The notes: generated by a model from the sequence alone, not told the origin. A DNA stretch of 64,000 nt from an uncultured Gammaproteobacteria bacterium (GCA_963797555.1 CAWCPV010000003.1:448001-512000), one strand, 5' to 3'; shown: positions 27,265 through 38,408, counted from the first letter of the stretch. Numbers and translations are program-made.

Positions 27265-29283
27265 ATGCCATCCGAAACAAAGGCCACCCGTTCGGTTATC
27301 ACACCGAACGACCAGTTCCTTCGCGACGTTTTCGGTGTTTCGAAAGCATATTATGTTGACATCTACCAGCGCGAGTACAAGTGGACGAAAGATAATGTCG
27401 AAACACTCCTCAAGGACATTGAGGGGTATTTTGAGGAGAAACCACGTAACAAAACCGATCCCCGCGACATCCAAGCTGAAGTCAAGGAGGACTTTGAGCC
27501 CTATTTTATCAACACCTACCTGACACACAGTACGGCTAAAAACGTCTCCATTGTTGACGGCCAGCAGAGGCTGACCACTTTCCTTCTGATTCTCATCAAG
27601 CTCTACCATGTACTGAAGACGGTTGAAAAGGACAGTGCGCACTCTGGCAGAACGTTTAGCAGTCAGGCCATCGAGAAGCTAATTTTCGAGAGTGACGACT
27701 TCGGCGGCGCAGGTCGCTTCAAAATATTCAACGAAAACCGAGAAGCAACATTCAGAAGACTCGTTGAGTGTCAACCGATCCAACCGAAAGACGAAACTCA
27801 AAAGCGCATCAAGGACAACTATGACACAATTAGTGAATATTTCGACCGATTCCTTGCCGCGAACGAAGAGCCCGAACGTTACAGCCTGCGTAAGATTACG
27901 TATTACCTTTGCTATTTGCTCGATCGCGTTTCGATCGTTGAGATCAAGATAGAAAAGCAGAAAAACGTGCCCATGATTTTTGAAGTCGTCAACGATCGCG
28001 GGCTAGGTCTTTTGCCATATGAGATCCTCAAGGGCAAGCTGATCGGCAATCTGCCAGTTGAACAAAAGGAACACGCCAATTCTGTTTGGACCCAATTGCA
28101 GGACGACTACTTCAACGCCAACGCTGAGCTGAAGAACAGCACTGAAGCACAACTTGACCTTGACATGTTTTTTCGTACATTCCTGCGCGCCAAGTTCGCG
28201 GACTCGGAAAGCGAGTATGACAAGTTCGAAGGCGATTATCATAACAAGATGTATCGAGATCCGAAGGTACGAGCTTACTTTCAGGATTTTGCCGATCATA
28301 ATCTACTCTACAGCCGTGTTACAGGAGATATCAAATACTTCACAGACATCTATCTGTGGCTAAGGACGACTTACGATAACGAGTACTTGATTTTTAACAA
28401 GCTGTTGGATCAGAACCTACAATACCTACTGATTCTATCGAACCTCACGGCCAACGATCCCGAACTATCCACGAAAGTAACAGGAATTGCGAAAAAGTTC
28501 GATCAGTTCCACGCCGTAATCCGGTTGTTGGACATATACGAAAGTAGTGCGTTTCAGAGAACCATTTTCCCTGTCAATCGGGATATAAGGGATCGGTCGG
28601 TTCCTCAGGCCAAAGCGGTCTTTGATCGGGAATTGATTCGTAACCTGGAAGAATCTGAGGCAGTTCGTACAGGTGAGGTAAGGACAATGGAAGACCTTTT
28701 TACCTTCGAAAGATTTCGGGGAGTCCGCAATAGGTGGGTCAATTTCAGCAAGTACGTGTTGATGCGTGTCGACCGCTATCTAGCGGAACAACTTGACAAG
28801 CCATCCTATGCTAGTGGCCCTCTGGAAGATCTGGAGGAGCACTTCAATAGGACGACGAGACGCAGGTATGGCATGCATCTGGAACACATTTACGCTAACA
28901 ATGAGGCCAACATGGCGCTTTTCGCTCAAGGTGAGTACGGATTTGACGAACAAGCTTTCAATACAGAGCGCAACAAGCTAGGTATGGTCCTTTTATTGAA
29001 GGACAGTCAAAACCTCAGCAGTGGCAATGATAAATATTGTGGCAAGGTGGATACTTACGCGAAGAGCAACTTCATTTGGAATGAGATGCTGGCAGGCCAT
29101 CTGCCTTCTGTTGACGAACGTAACCTTCCCGAGGATTTACGTGTAGGAGCCGTTCCGCCTGATATGTCTGGTGTCTTCCCAAGAGACAAGATCGAGGATC
29201 GGCAACGGCTTATTTATAATGCAATAAGACGTCTTTGGTATGAAAATGTTGGCGACGACCGAGCAACAGCTTCCGACTGCTAG
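27265..29283 (+). CDS. GmrSD-like (DUF262 + DUF1524/HNH) putative modification-dependent restriction endonuclease
   Basis: YQREYKW, IVDGQQRLTT and FEVVNDRG (DUF262); LEHIY...NKLGMVLLL...NLSSGN (HNH-like). Visibly AT-richer than its flanks. Confidence 0.85.
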   Translation: MPSETKATRSVITPNDQFLRDVFGVSKAYYVDIYQREYKWTKDNVETLLKDIEGYFEEKPRNKTDPRDIQAEVKEDFEPYFINTYLTHSTAKNVSIVDGQQRLTTFLLILIKLYHVLKTVEKDSAHSGRTFSSQAIEKLIFESDDFGGAGRFKIFNENREATFRRLVECQPIQPKDETQKRIKDNYDTISEYFDRFLAANEEPERYSLRKITYYLCYLLDRVSIVEIKIEKQKNVPMIFEVVNDRGLGLLPYEILKGKLIGNLPVEQKEHANSVWTQLQDDYFNANAELKNSTEAQLDLDMFFRTFLRAKFADSESEYDKFEGDYHNKMYRDPKVRAYFQDFADHNLLYSRVTGDIKYFTDIYLWLRTTYDNEYLIFNKLLDQNLQYLLILSNLTANDPELSTKVTGIAKKFDQFHAVIRLLDIYESSAFQRTIFPVNRDIRDRSVPQAKAVFDRELIRNLEESEAVRTGEVRTMEDLFTFERFRGVRNRWVNFSKYVLMRVDRYLAEQLDKPSYASGPLEDLEEHFNRTTRRRYGMHLEHIYANNEANMALFAQGEYGFDEQAFNTERNKLGMVLLLKDSQNLSSGNDKYCGKVDTYAKSNFIWNEMLAGHLPSVDERNLPEDLRVGAVPPDMSGVFPRDKIEDRQRLIYNAIRRLWYENVGDDRATASDC

Positions 29284-32116
29284 TAAATGGTACTACAGCC
29301 CGGACCACGGGCAGCTCTGTCAGGTCATCGAAACCCAGACGCTCTGGGGTGAGACGACCTGCCGCGTCTGGCTGCCCGGGCGTGACTCCGTGGTCCGCAT
29401 CCCGGCTTCCAGGCTCAAGCCCCTGGAGAGCCGCGGTACCGGTTCGCCGGACGATATCGCCTACGTCGCTGCCGCCGCGCGGGTGGCCGACGCCCTGACC
29501 CAGGACGTTCTGCTCGCACCCATCGAGTCCTCCGTCATCCCGCTGCCGCACCAGATTCGGGCCCTGTCCCGCGCCATCGCCAACGACCGGGTGCGCTATC
29601 TGCTGGCGGACGAGGTCGGCTTGGGCAAGACCATCGAGGCCGGGCTCATCATGCGGGAGCTGAAGCTCCGCGGGCTGGTCAAGCGGACGCTGGTCGTTGC
29701 CCCGAAAGGACTGGTGAGCCAGTGGGTCAGCGAGATGCGCTTTCACTTCGGGGAGACCTTCCAGCTCGTGCTGCCCGAGGACATCAAGACACTGAAGCGG
29801 ATTGCCCCGACGACGGGTCCGGGAAGGGGCGAGCGTGGCAATCACGACCTGAAGGTTCTTCCCGCCAACGCCTGGCAGATGTTCTCCCAGATGGTCGTGC
29901 CGATGGATTCGGTCAAGCCCCTGGACAAGCGCCGCGGATGGAGCGCCGCCCAGGTGGGCGAGTACAACCGCGAGCGGTTCGAGGACCTGATCTCTGCCGG
30001 CTGGGACCTGGTCATCGTCGACGAGGCGCATCGCCTCGGCGGCAGCACCGACCAGGTAGCCCGCTTCAAGCTGGGCCAGGGGCTCTCCGAGGCCGCGCCG
30101 TATCTCCTGCTGCTTTCGGCCACCCCGCACCAGGGCAAGACCGACGCCTTCCATCGGCTCGTCTCCTTGATCGACGCCCAGGCGTTCCCGGACATCGGCA
30201 GCGTCACCCGCGAGCGGGTCCAGCCGTATGTGATCCGCACCGAGAAACGCCGCGCCATCGACGCCGAGGGGAAGCCGCTGTTCAAACCCCGGCGAACCGA
30301 GCTTGGGCCGGTCTCCTGGCAAGAGCGCCACCGCGATCAGCAGCTCCTCTACGAGGCGGTCACCGAGTACGTCCGCGAGGGCTACAACCAGGCGATGCGG
30401 GAGAAGCGCAGCTACATCGGCTTCCTGATGATCCTGATGCAGCGCCTGGTGGTCTCCAGCACGAGCGCCATCCGCACCACCCTCGAAAAGCGGCTGGAGG
30501 TGCTCGCCGAGCCCGAGGAACAACTGACCCTGTTCCCGCTCACGTCCGAGGACGAATGGGCGGACCTGGACGGCCAGGAGCAGATGGACGTGCTCCTTCG
30601 CACCCGCCTCAAGGCGCTCAAGAACGAGCGCGCCGAGGTCAGGCTGTTGTTGGAGGCCGCGGCCCGCTGTGAGCAGGCCGGTCCGGACGCCAAGGCCGAG
30701 GCGCTGCTCGACTGGCTCTACCGCCTTCAGTCCGAGGAAGGCGACCCGGAGCTCAAGGCGCTGGTGTTCACCGAGTTCGTGCCCACCCAGGAGATGCTGC
30801 AGCGGTTCCTGACCGAGCGGGGATTTTCGGTCGTTTGCCTCAACGGCTCCATGGACATGGAGGAGCGCAAGCGGGTCCAGGAGGCATTCGCCCAGGACGC
30901 CCGCATTCTCGTCTCCACCGACGCTGGTGGCGAGGGGTTGAACCTCCAGTTCTGCCATGTGGTGGTCAACTACGACATTCCCTGGAACCCGATGCGCATC
31001 GAGCAGCGGATCGGCCGGGTGGATCGTATCGGGCAGTCCCATACCGTGCGCGCGGTCAACCTGGTCTTCGAGGACTCGGTCGAGCACCGGGTCCGGGAAG
31101 TGCTGGAGCAGAAGCTCGCCGTCATCTTCGAGGAGTTCGGCATCGACAAGACCGGTGACGTGCTCGATTCGGCGCAGGCCGGCCGGATGTTCGACGAGAT
31201 GTATGTCGAGGCGATCCTTCATCCCGAAACGGTCGATGAGTCGGTGGACAGCGTGGTCGCCCGACTGCGGGAGGAGGTGCGCGAGGCGCGCGCGACCGCA
31301 TCGGTGCTCGGCGCGAGCGAGGAGCTGGAGCCCGGCGCAGCCCAGCGGCTGCTGAGCCACCCCTTGCCGCATTGGGTGGAGCGCATGACCGTGAGCTATC
31401 TGAAGGCTCATGGGGGCCGGGCGGAGAGGAAGGGCCAGGGCTGGAACCTGACCTGGCCCGACGGCCAGACTTACGACAATGTCGTCTTTACGGGCAAGGA
31501 GGCCGAGAGGCTTCCGGCCGCCCGCCATCTCACTCTGGAAGACCCGAAGGTCCGCGGCCTGGCTATGCGGCTTCCCCGCTTCGCGCCCGGCCAGCCGGTC
31601 CCGGTGGTGTCGATCCCGAGCCTTGCCGAGGAGGTCCGGGGCATCTGGTCCCTGTGGCGGATCGCCATCGCCGCCGCGGAGTGGAACCGCCGTAGGATCA
31701 TGCCTCTCTTTCTGGCCGACAACGGCAGGGTCTTCATGCCGACGGCCAGACACATCTGGGACCAGCTCCTCGGGGCCAGCCCGAAGGTCCGGGCCACTCT
31801 CGATCCCGACGCCTCGCAGGCCGCCTTCGCGCAGCTCCAGAAGGTCGCGGAGGAGCACGGGCGGCCCATCTACGAGGCGCTCGTGCAGGAGCACCAGGCC
31901 CGCATCGCCCGCGAGCGCGAGAAGGCCGACTACGCCTTCGCCGCCCGCCGCAGGACCATCGAGCGGAGCGGCCTGTCGCAGGTGCGCCACCATCGCCTGA
32001 ACCTGCTTGCGCAGGAGGAGCGGAGTTTCCAGGAGCAGCTTGACCAGAAGGCCCATGCCTATCCCGAAATGGTGCCGCTGCTTGTGATTCGGGTGGAGGG
32101 CGGTGGCCATGAGTAG
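29240..32116 (+). CDS. brxHII: BREX type III SNF2-family helicase BrxHII
   Basis: LLADEVGLGKT, IVDEAH, LSATPHQG, STDAGGEGLNLQF and PWNPMRIEQRIGRVDRIGQ motifs; located between pglXI and pglZ. Confidence 0.9.
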   Translation: MKMLATTEQQLPTASKWYYSPDHGQLCQVIETQTLWGETTCRVWLPGRDSVVRIPASRLKPLESRGTGSPDDIAYVAAAARVADALTQDVLLAPIESSVIPLPHQIRALSRAIANDRVRYLLADEVGLGKTIEAGLIMRELKLRGLVKRTLVVAPKGLVSQWVSEMRFHFGETFQLVLPEDIKTLKRIAPTTGPGRGERGNHDLKVLPANAWQMFSQMVVPMDSVKPLDKRRGWSAAQVGEYNRERFEDLISAGWDLVIVDEAHRLGGSTDQVARFKLGQGLSEAAPYLLLLSATPHQGKTDAFHRLVSLIDAQAFPDIGSVTRERVQPYVIRTEKRRAIDAEGKPLFKPRRTELGPVSWQERHRDQQLLYEAVTEYVREGYNQAMREKRSYIGFLMILMQRLVVSSTSAIRTTLEKRLEVLAEPEEQLTLFPLTSEDEWADLDGQEQMDVLLRTRLKALKNERAEVRLLLEAAARCEQAGPDAKAEALLDWLYRLQSEEGDPELKALVFTEFVPTQEMLQRFLTERGFSVVCLNGSMDMEERKRVQEAFAQDARILVSTDAGGEGLNLQFCHVVVNYDIPWNPMRIEQRIGRVDRIGQSHTVRAVNLVFEDSVEHRVREVLEQKLAVIFEEFGIDKTGDVLDSAQAGRMFDEMYVEAILHPETVDESVDSVVARLREEVREARATASVLGASEELEPGAAQRLLSHPLPHWVERMTVSYLKAHGGRAERKGQGWNLTWPDGQTYDNVVFTGKEAERLPAARHLTLEDPKVRGLAMRLPRFAPGQPVPVVSIPSLAEEVRGIWSLWRIAIAAAEWNRRRIMPLFLADNGRVFMPTARHIWDQLLGASPKVRATLDPDASQAAFAQLQKVAEEHGRPIYEALVQEHQARIAREREKADYAFAARRRTIERSGLSQVRHHRLNLLAQEERSFQEQLDQKAHAYPEMVPLLVIRVEGGGHE

Positions 32117-34116
32117 CTGGCGCGATCAAATTCTGAAGGAGTTCACGCCGAAGGTCGCCAGACTCACCTTGGTGGCGGACCCGGACGGGCTCCTGCTCGA
32201 AGAGGGGATTCTCGAAGGTATTCGCGAGCGCGGATTCGAGCTGATCCCGTTCGAAGACCCCATCGCCTTCCGCTACGCCTACGAATCGAAGTTCCGCTCC
32301 CGCTGGGACCGGGGCGAGCACACGGACCTCGTAGTCGTATTGCGTTCCCAGGACGCACGACCTCGGCTCTCTGCCCTATGACCTCCTCCAGGCCGGCCGC
32401 AAGCTATCCTTCAGCCTCGGTGAGATCTTCCCGAACCTGAGCTACCCGGTCGTGGCTGCTCTCGACCGCGGGGACCTGGAGGCCCTCTACGAGGCCCAGA
32501 AGCGGCATGCGCCCGGCCAGTTGGGCGAAAACGCCACGAAGGAATTCATCCTCCGGCACGTCTTTGAAATTGCCCCGGAGCTGATCAAACAGGCGTCGGA
32601 CCTGCTGCGGGTGCTGTTGCGGCGGCATTATCGCGGTCAGCGAATCCCGACCGTCCTCGACGAACGGTTCATCCAACTACTGCGCCAGAGCAACGCCTTC
32701 GACGATTGGCCGCTTCAAACCCTCGTATCGGACCGGGAAGTTTTCTTCGCATTCCTCCAGGAGCGCTGGTCGATCTTCCTCGACCGCGAGGCGGCCAAGG
32801 GGCCGTCTGGCGTTCAGGAACACAAAGAACCTTATCGTCTGGCCACGGAGGGACCCGTCGATCTGCCCTTCGATCATCATGACATCAGGGTCTACGTCGA
32901 CAACCTGTTCATCGAAGGCCTGCTCCACTCCGTACCCCACGACCAGGCAGGTGCTCTTTCCAAGACGTGGGCAGGCATCGGCGTTCGAGCCGAACCAACC
33001 GAGGACCGGTCTCGTCGCCTGACCAAGCTCATCGAAAGCCTGCAAGCATCCGTTCCGGCCGAGGACGCCAGGTACGGGGACTGGCTCCACTTCGCCCGCC
33101 GATGGGCGGAGCTGGTCCTGCTGGCCAACGAGCGGACCGAGGCCCTTCCCGCGCAGACGAGTGCCACCGTCAGAGAGCTACAGGCGCAGGTGGATTCAGG
33201 GTTCGCTGCCTGGCTCTCGAAGCGGTATGCGGGTCTCGTCAACCTGCCGCCGGTTCCTCCGGTCATGCTGCACCATCTTCCGCGGTTTCTTTCCCGCCAA
33301 CTGGGGGAAGGCCGCAGCGCCAAGATCGCGCTGCTCGTGGTCGACGGCCTCGCCATGGACCAGTGGCTGGTCGTCCGCGAAGCGCTGGCCTCGCGGCAGT
33401 CCGGCTTCCGTTTCCGGGAGCAAGCGATCTTCGCCTGGATTCCCTCACTCACGACCGTCTCGCGCCAGGCCGCCTTCGCCGGCAAGGCTCCAATCTTCTT
33501 CCCGAACAGCATCCAGACGACGGACAAGGAGCCCGCACTATGGGCGCAGTTCTGGCTGGATCAAGGCTTCACGTCAAACGAGGTCGTGTACATCAAGGGA
33601 CTGGGTGACGGCAGTCTGGAGACCGTTTCCGAAGCGCTTTCTCATCCCAAGGCAAGGGTCGCCGGGCTGGTCGTGGACAAGGTCGACAGGATCATGCACG
33701 GGATGGAAATGGGGACGGCCGGAATGCATAACCAAGTGCGCCAGTGGGCACAGCAGCCGTACCTGAGCATGCTCCTCGATATGCTCCTGGACAGGGGGTT
33801 CCGTGTCTATCTAACCAGCGACCACGGCAATCTCGAAGCAGAGGGCTGCGGCCGTCCGGCAGAAGGGGCTGTGGCAGACGTGCGCGGTGAACGAGTCCGC
33901 ATCTACCCCAACGCGGCCCTTCGCAAAAATGTGAAGCAGCGTTTCCCGGGTGCCCTCGAGTGGGACCCCATCGGTCTGCCCGACGATTACCTCGCTCTCC
34001 TGGCTCCTGCTCGGCAGGCGTTTGTCCGCGAGAAGCAGCGCACCGTGAGCCATGGCGGCATCTCGGTCGAGGAACTCATCGTCCCTCTGGTTCAGATCGA
34101 GAGGAGTGGTGAATGA
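32109..34116 (+). CDS. pglZ: BREX type III alkaline-phosphatase-fold protein PglZ (frameshift near 32360)
   Basis: MSSWRDQILKEF...LVADPDGLL, then LLVVDGL, PSLTTVSRQA, LTSDHGN and SHGGISVEELIVP. Confidence 0.9.
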
Positions 34117-34865
34117 CCGCAGCACGGACAGGCCAGATCGGATTCAGTCAGCGCGTGCGTCTGGAATGGCTCGAGCAGACAGCCAACTTGGTCCTCGCCG
34201 GGAACGACAAGGCCGCGGTCAACGATGCCTTGCAGGCGCTCCTGAAAGACAAGGTGTCCGTCGGCGGCCAAGCCAAGCGCGGCAATCGCGAGAAGATCAT
34301 CAGCATCCTGACCAAGGTGTGGGTCATGGCTCCGGCCAGGCTGAAGTCCCTCCGAGCAAGTGGCCTGGAGCTGCTCAAGCGCGTCCCGCAAACCGATCAC
34401 GTGGCCGTCCACTGGGGCATGGTCATGGCCGTCTATCCGTTCTGGTCGGACGTAGCCACCCAGGTTGGCCGCCTTCTGAGGCTGCAGGGCTCCGCGGCTG
34501 CGGCGCACGTCCAGCGTCGCGTCCGGGAGCAGTACGGCGAGCGGGAAACGGTTTCCCGGGCCGCTCGTCGCGTCCTGCGCTCGTATCTGGATTGGGGCGT
34601 GCTCAAGGAAACCGGCGACACGGGCATCTACAGCGCGAGTGCCGTCTTGTCAATCGACGATTCTCGGCTGATCGCCTGGCTAGCCGAAGCATCCCTCCAT
34701 GCGCGCGCTAACGGTTCCGCCCCGCTCAAAGACCTCATCGACAGCCCGAACCTTTTCCCGTTCCGCCTCGAGCCAATTCACGCTCAGAGCCTGCTGGCGG
34801 CGTCTACTTGCCTCCATATCCTTCGTCACGGTCTGGACGACGACCTAGTGATGCTGCGGAAATAG
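34113..34865 (+). CDS. brxA: Putative BrxA-like DNA-binding protein (last BREX type III gene)
   Basis: 250-aa ORF overlapping the pglZ stop (ATGA), at the brxA position of type III BREX. Assignment rests mainly on synteny. Confidence 0.65.
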   Translation: MTAARTGQIGFSQRVRLEWLEQTANLVLAGNDKAAVNDALQALLKDKVSVGGQAKRGNREKIISILTKVWVMAPARLKSLRASGLELLKRVPQTDHVAVHWGMVMAVYPFWSDVATQVGRLLRLQGSAAAAHVQRRVREQYGERETVSRAARRVLRSYLDWGVLKETGDTGIYSASAVLSIDDSRLIAWLAEASLHARANGSAPLKDLIDSPNLFPFRLEPIHAQSLLAASTCLHILRHGLDDDLVMLRK

Positions 34866-34988
34866 GCCCGGACCAGGCGCCCGACAACTGGAGAGAACAA
34901 GAACAGCACACTGCGTCTTCGATTGAACGCACCAGGAGCGCCTGTGCACGTCTGCCTGGGTGGATTTTTGGTTCCCGTGCGATACCGA

Positions 34989-35213
34989 ATGGATCACCTA
35001 AATCGCATCACAGTCGACCCCGAGGTCTGCGGGGGGCGCCCCTGCATCCGGGGGCTGCGCATTCGCGTCAGGGACATCCTCGGAATGCTGGCGGGCGGGG
35101 CAACATGCGAGGAGATCCTGGAAGACTACCCTTACCTGGAGAGCGACGACATCACCGCCGCCCTGGAGTACGCGGCCCGTCAGACCGATCACCCGGTTCT
35201 GCGGAGCGCGTGA
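34989..35213 (+). CDS. DUF433 family antitoxin-like protein
   Basis: RITVDPEVCGGRPCIRGLRIRVRDIL...EILEDYPYLESDDITAALEYA. Confidence 0.9.
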   Translation: MDHLNRITVDPEVCGGRPCIRGLRIRVRDILGMLAGGATCEEILEDYPYLESDDITAALEYAARQTDHPVLRSA

Positions 35214-35300
35214 GGGTGCGTTTCCTGGTCGACCCGCAGCTTCCGCCTTGCCCTCGCCCCCGCCTGAGCACGCAGAGTCAGGTCACTTGCCCTTGCATTC
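35210..35300 (+). pseudogene. Truncated DUF5615-type PIN toxin remnant
   Basis: VRFLVDPQLPP directly after DUF433 resembles the MRFLVDAQLPP N-terminus; similarity is then lost. Confidence 0.5.
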
Positions 35301-35468
35301 CACTGCTGAGCCTCCCAGATCCGACCTGCCCATTCGGGCGATGCACGGCACGCCGCCTTCTGTCACGCTGCTACCCGTGGGATCAGGCTGAGTCTTCGCG
35401 TTCTTCATGGGTGGAATGGCACCCAGGCGCGGGACCAGTAAGATCCGGAGTCCTGACAGGAGGGTCAA

Positions 35469-36396
35469 ATGACAACTGCATTATTGGAGCAATCGAGCCT
35501 GGCTTCGGTTTCGGATCAGTTGGCCGCCATCGTCGAACAGGTCGGGGCCAGCGTGGTCGCCGTGCACGGGCGGCACCGCATTCCTTCCAGTGGAGCGGTC
35601 TGGCAGGCCGGCGTCGTGGTCACTGCCGCACACACGTTGAAGCGCGAAGAAGGCATCACCATCGTGGTCCCGAGTGGCAAGATGCTGAACGCTGTGCTTG
35701 CTGGCCGTGACCCGGGAACCGACCTGGCGGTTCTCAAGGTCGAGGGACTGGACTTAACGCCGGTGCCGACAGGAGATGCGCAGACGCTGAAGGCCGGCCA
35801 CTTCGTGGTCGCGGTCGGCCGCGCCGAGGGCAGTGAGGCGAGCGCAGGCATCGTCGCGGCAGTGGGACCGGCGTGGCGCACCTGGCACGGCAGCCAGATT
35901 CGATCGGCTGATTCGGCTCGACGGCGGGCTCTACGCCGGCTTCTCGGGTGGGCCTTTGGTGGATGCAACGGGCAAGGTGGTGGGCATCTGCACTTCGGGG
36001 CTCATGCGCGGCAACGCGGTGGTGATTCCCGTCTCTACCGTCACGCGCGTTACGGAGGAACTGCTCGCCACGGGCCACGTGTCGCGCGGCTATCTGGGGC
36101 TAGGCATGCAGCCGGTGGCGCTGCCGGCGTCGGCGTCTCGCAAGCTTGGGCTCGAGTCCGACGGTGGAGTGCTGGTCGTTTCCGTTCAGTCGGATGGACC
36201 CGCCGACATGGCTGGCGTGTTCGTCGGCGATGTGTTGCTTGAATTGGGCACGCTGCGCGTCACCGATGTGGACGAGGTACAGGCGGCGATCGCCTCCACG
36301 CGCATCGGAGAGCCCATCAGGGCAATGCTGGTGCGGGCAGGGGAACGGCTGGAGCTGTCCATTACCTTGGGTGAGCGCCCGCGCGGGTCCCACTGA
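35469..36396 (+). CDS. S1C (HtrA-like) serine protease with PDZ domain (frameshift near 35900)
   Basis: Catalytic triad motifs TAAH, DLAVL and GFSGGPL; RGYLGL PDZ start; no signal peptide. Confidence 0.85.
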
Positions 36397-36526
36397 CGGG
36401 CGCCCACCCCCCTGGAATGGCCATGGGGGCGGCCGGCAGGCCGAGGGGTGCCCGGGCTGCCGGCCGTCCGGCCGAGGTGTGCGTGTGCGGATCGCTCGTG
36501 AAAATCGCGCTGAGACCGGGGCAACC

Positions 36527-37156
36527 ATGGTAACCAGCGTGCTGGTCGTGGCCGCATCCTCAGCCGTGCGGGCGAGCTTGGCAGCCGTCATTGCGGCCGA
36601 GCCCGCTCTGGTTCTCGCCGGCACCTTCGGGTGGCCGCCGACGCTCGTAGAGTACGGTCGCGCCCGTGCCGATGTCGTTGTCGTGGACTTGCTCGACGCG
36701 GAAGAGGCTGCCACCGGGGAATGGGGCCTGCCTGCACCGCGTTTCGTGCTGCTGGTGGATGAGCCGGATAGCGACGCGGCGCAGCGAGTGCTGCGTGCCG
36801 ACGCGGCCGCGGTACTACCGCGCGACGCAGCGGCTCAGGAAATTGTCGCGGCGATCGAGTGCGCCTCCCTGGGGCTGGTCGCCATGCGCCCGAACACCTT
36901 GGCGGCGCTCGTCGGTCACGGCGCGGCCGGGCGCTTCGCGGCCGCGCCACTGCTCACGGAAACGCTGACGCCGCGGGAGCTCGAGGTGCTGCAGATGTTG
37001 GGCGAAGGACTCGCCAACCGGGTGATCGCGGGTCGGCTCGGCATCTCCGTGCACACGGCAAAGTTTCACGTCGGGTCGATCCTCGGCAAGCTCGGTGCCG
37101 CCACCCGAGCGGAAGCCGTCGCCCTCGGTATCCGCCGCGGATTGATCATGCTCTGA
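36527..37156 (+). CDS. LuxR/NarL-type regulator with degenerate receiver domain
   Basis: C-terminal LTPRELEVLQMLGEGLANRVIAGRLGISVHTAKFHV HTH. Confidence 0.88.
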   Translation: MVTSVLVVAASSAVRASLAAVIAAEPALVLAGTFGWPPTLVEYGRARADVVVVDLLDAEEAATGEWGLPAPRFVLLVDEPDSDAAQRVLRADAAAVLPRDAAAQEIVAAIECASLGLVAMRPNTLAALVGHGAAGRFAAAPLLTETLTPRELEVLQMLGEGLANRVIAGRLGISVHTAKFHVGSILGKLGAATRAEAVALGIRRGLIML

Positions 37157-37245
37157 CGTCAACCGCCTGGGGCACCCTCGATAGCTCTGTCACGGATTTT
37201 CGAGGCCGTCCGGCGGGGCCGTAGCGCTCGCGCCCTCTCGCCCAC

Positions 37246-38109
37246 TCACGCGCCCCACATCTTGGCGGTCTGCGCTGCGAAGTCCTCAAAACTCCGCGGG
37301 GGGTGTCCGAGCAGCCTGGTCTGACGCTCGATGTCGGCGGGTGTGGCCCGGAGCCCGTGCTCCTGGAAAAACGCGTACATGAGCCTGAAGTCGAATACCA
37401 TCCACGGGGGCAGGTACCGGAGCGACTGCTGCTCCCAGGCGTCGAGGTCGTTGCCGCCATAGGCGATGGCCTTGCCCAAGACCCGGCTCCAGACCTCAGC
37501 GGTGCTCTGCCCCGTGTGCATCTGCGGACCGACCAAGTTGTAAGTCTGGCCCGCGTGGTCACCCGTCGTGAGCGCGATGGCCGCCGCCTCGGCGATGTCA
37601 CGCACGTCCACCCGCGACAGACCCAGGTCTCCGATGGGTTGCGGATAGACCCCGTACTGGAGCATGACATCCTTGAACCAGTAATCGTTCTGAAAGAAGT
37701 TGTTGGGCCGCAGGATGGTGTAGGGGATCCCAGAACCCTGAAGGACGGTTTCGATGGGGAGCTTGGCGCCGAAATGCGGCAGGTGCAGTGCCTGATCCAG
37801 GTGGTGCACCGAAAGGTACACGAGGCGCTTCACGCCCGCCATGCGCGCACCGTTCAAGGCCATGAGACCCTCGTGGGTCTCGCTGGTGCTCACCGCGGTC
37901 AGCAGAAATACGCCCTCCACTCCCCGGAACACCGAGCGCACCGTGCCCGGCTCGAGCAGATCGCCGGTCACGGGCTGAGCGCCGCCCGGCAGGCTCTTGG
38001 CCTTGTCCGCACTGCGTGTCAGCACCTGCACCTCGGCCCCACGCGCCAGCAGCTCGCGCACCACTTGGGACCCCACCGTTCCGGTCCCACCGACCACCAA
38101 TGTCTTCAT
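37246..38109 (-). CDS. NmrA family NAD(P)-binding protein
   Basis: LVVGGTGTVG Rossmann motif, TILRPNNFFQN and VDVRDIAEAA. Confidence 0.88.
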   Translation of the reverse strand: MKTLVVGGTGTVGSQVVRELLARGAEVQVLTRSADKAKSLPGGAQPVTGDLLEPGTVRSVFRGVEGVFLLTAVSTSETHEGLMALNGARMAGVKRLVYLSVHHLDQALHLPHFGAKLPIETVLQGSGIPYTILRPNNFFQNDYWFKDVMLQYGVYPQPIGDLGLSRVDVRDIAEAAAIALTTGDHAGQTYNLVGPQMHTGQSTAEVWSRVLGKAIAYGGNDLDAWEQQSLRYLPPWMVFDFRLMYAFFQEHGLRATPADIERQTRLLGHPPRSFEDFAAQTAKMWGA

Positions 38110-38408
38110 GTCTCGTCTCCTCTGTTGGTACGACTTCCCATACGACCGCTGGGGCTGCCCGGCCATGCAGAAAGGAGCGCGCCCTTAGCCGTGTCTGCAG
38201 CCTCGCCTCCGATCTCGCTTGGCCCGCGTCCCGACCCGTCGCGGCAGCAGCATGGCCCGTCCACCGGCGCCGGTGGTCCGCTGGCGCAGGGACCGCAGCA
38301 CATCGCGTCGCGTCCCGCACCCGCGTGGGCTCGTCACGGGCACTGGGTTCCTCATTATGAGCGCGCGGGCCGCGGTTTTGGCCGCGCACCGTGGCCCGAC
38401 TGAGGGCC

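Noticed and set aside
29800-29870. Low-complexity loop in brxHII (APTTGPGRGERGNHD) as another inserted palindrome
   Set aside because: No convincing inverted repeat or similarity to the other elements.
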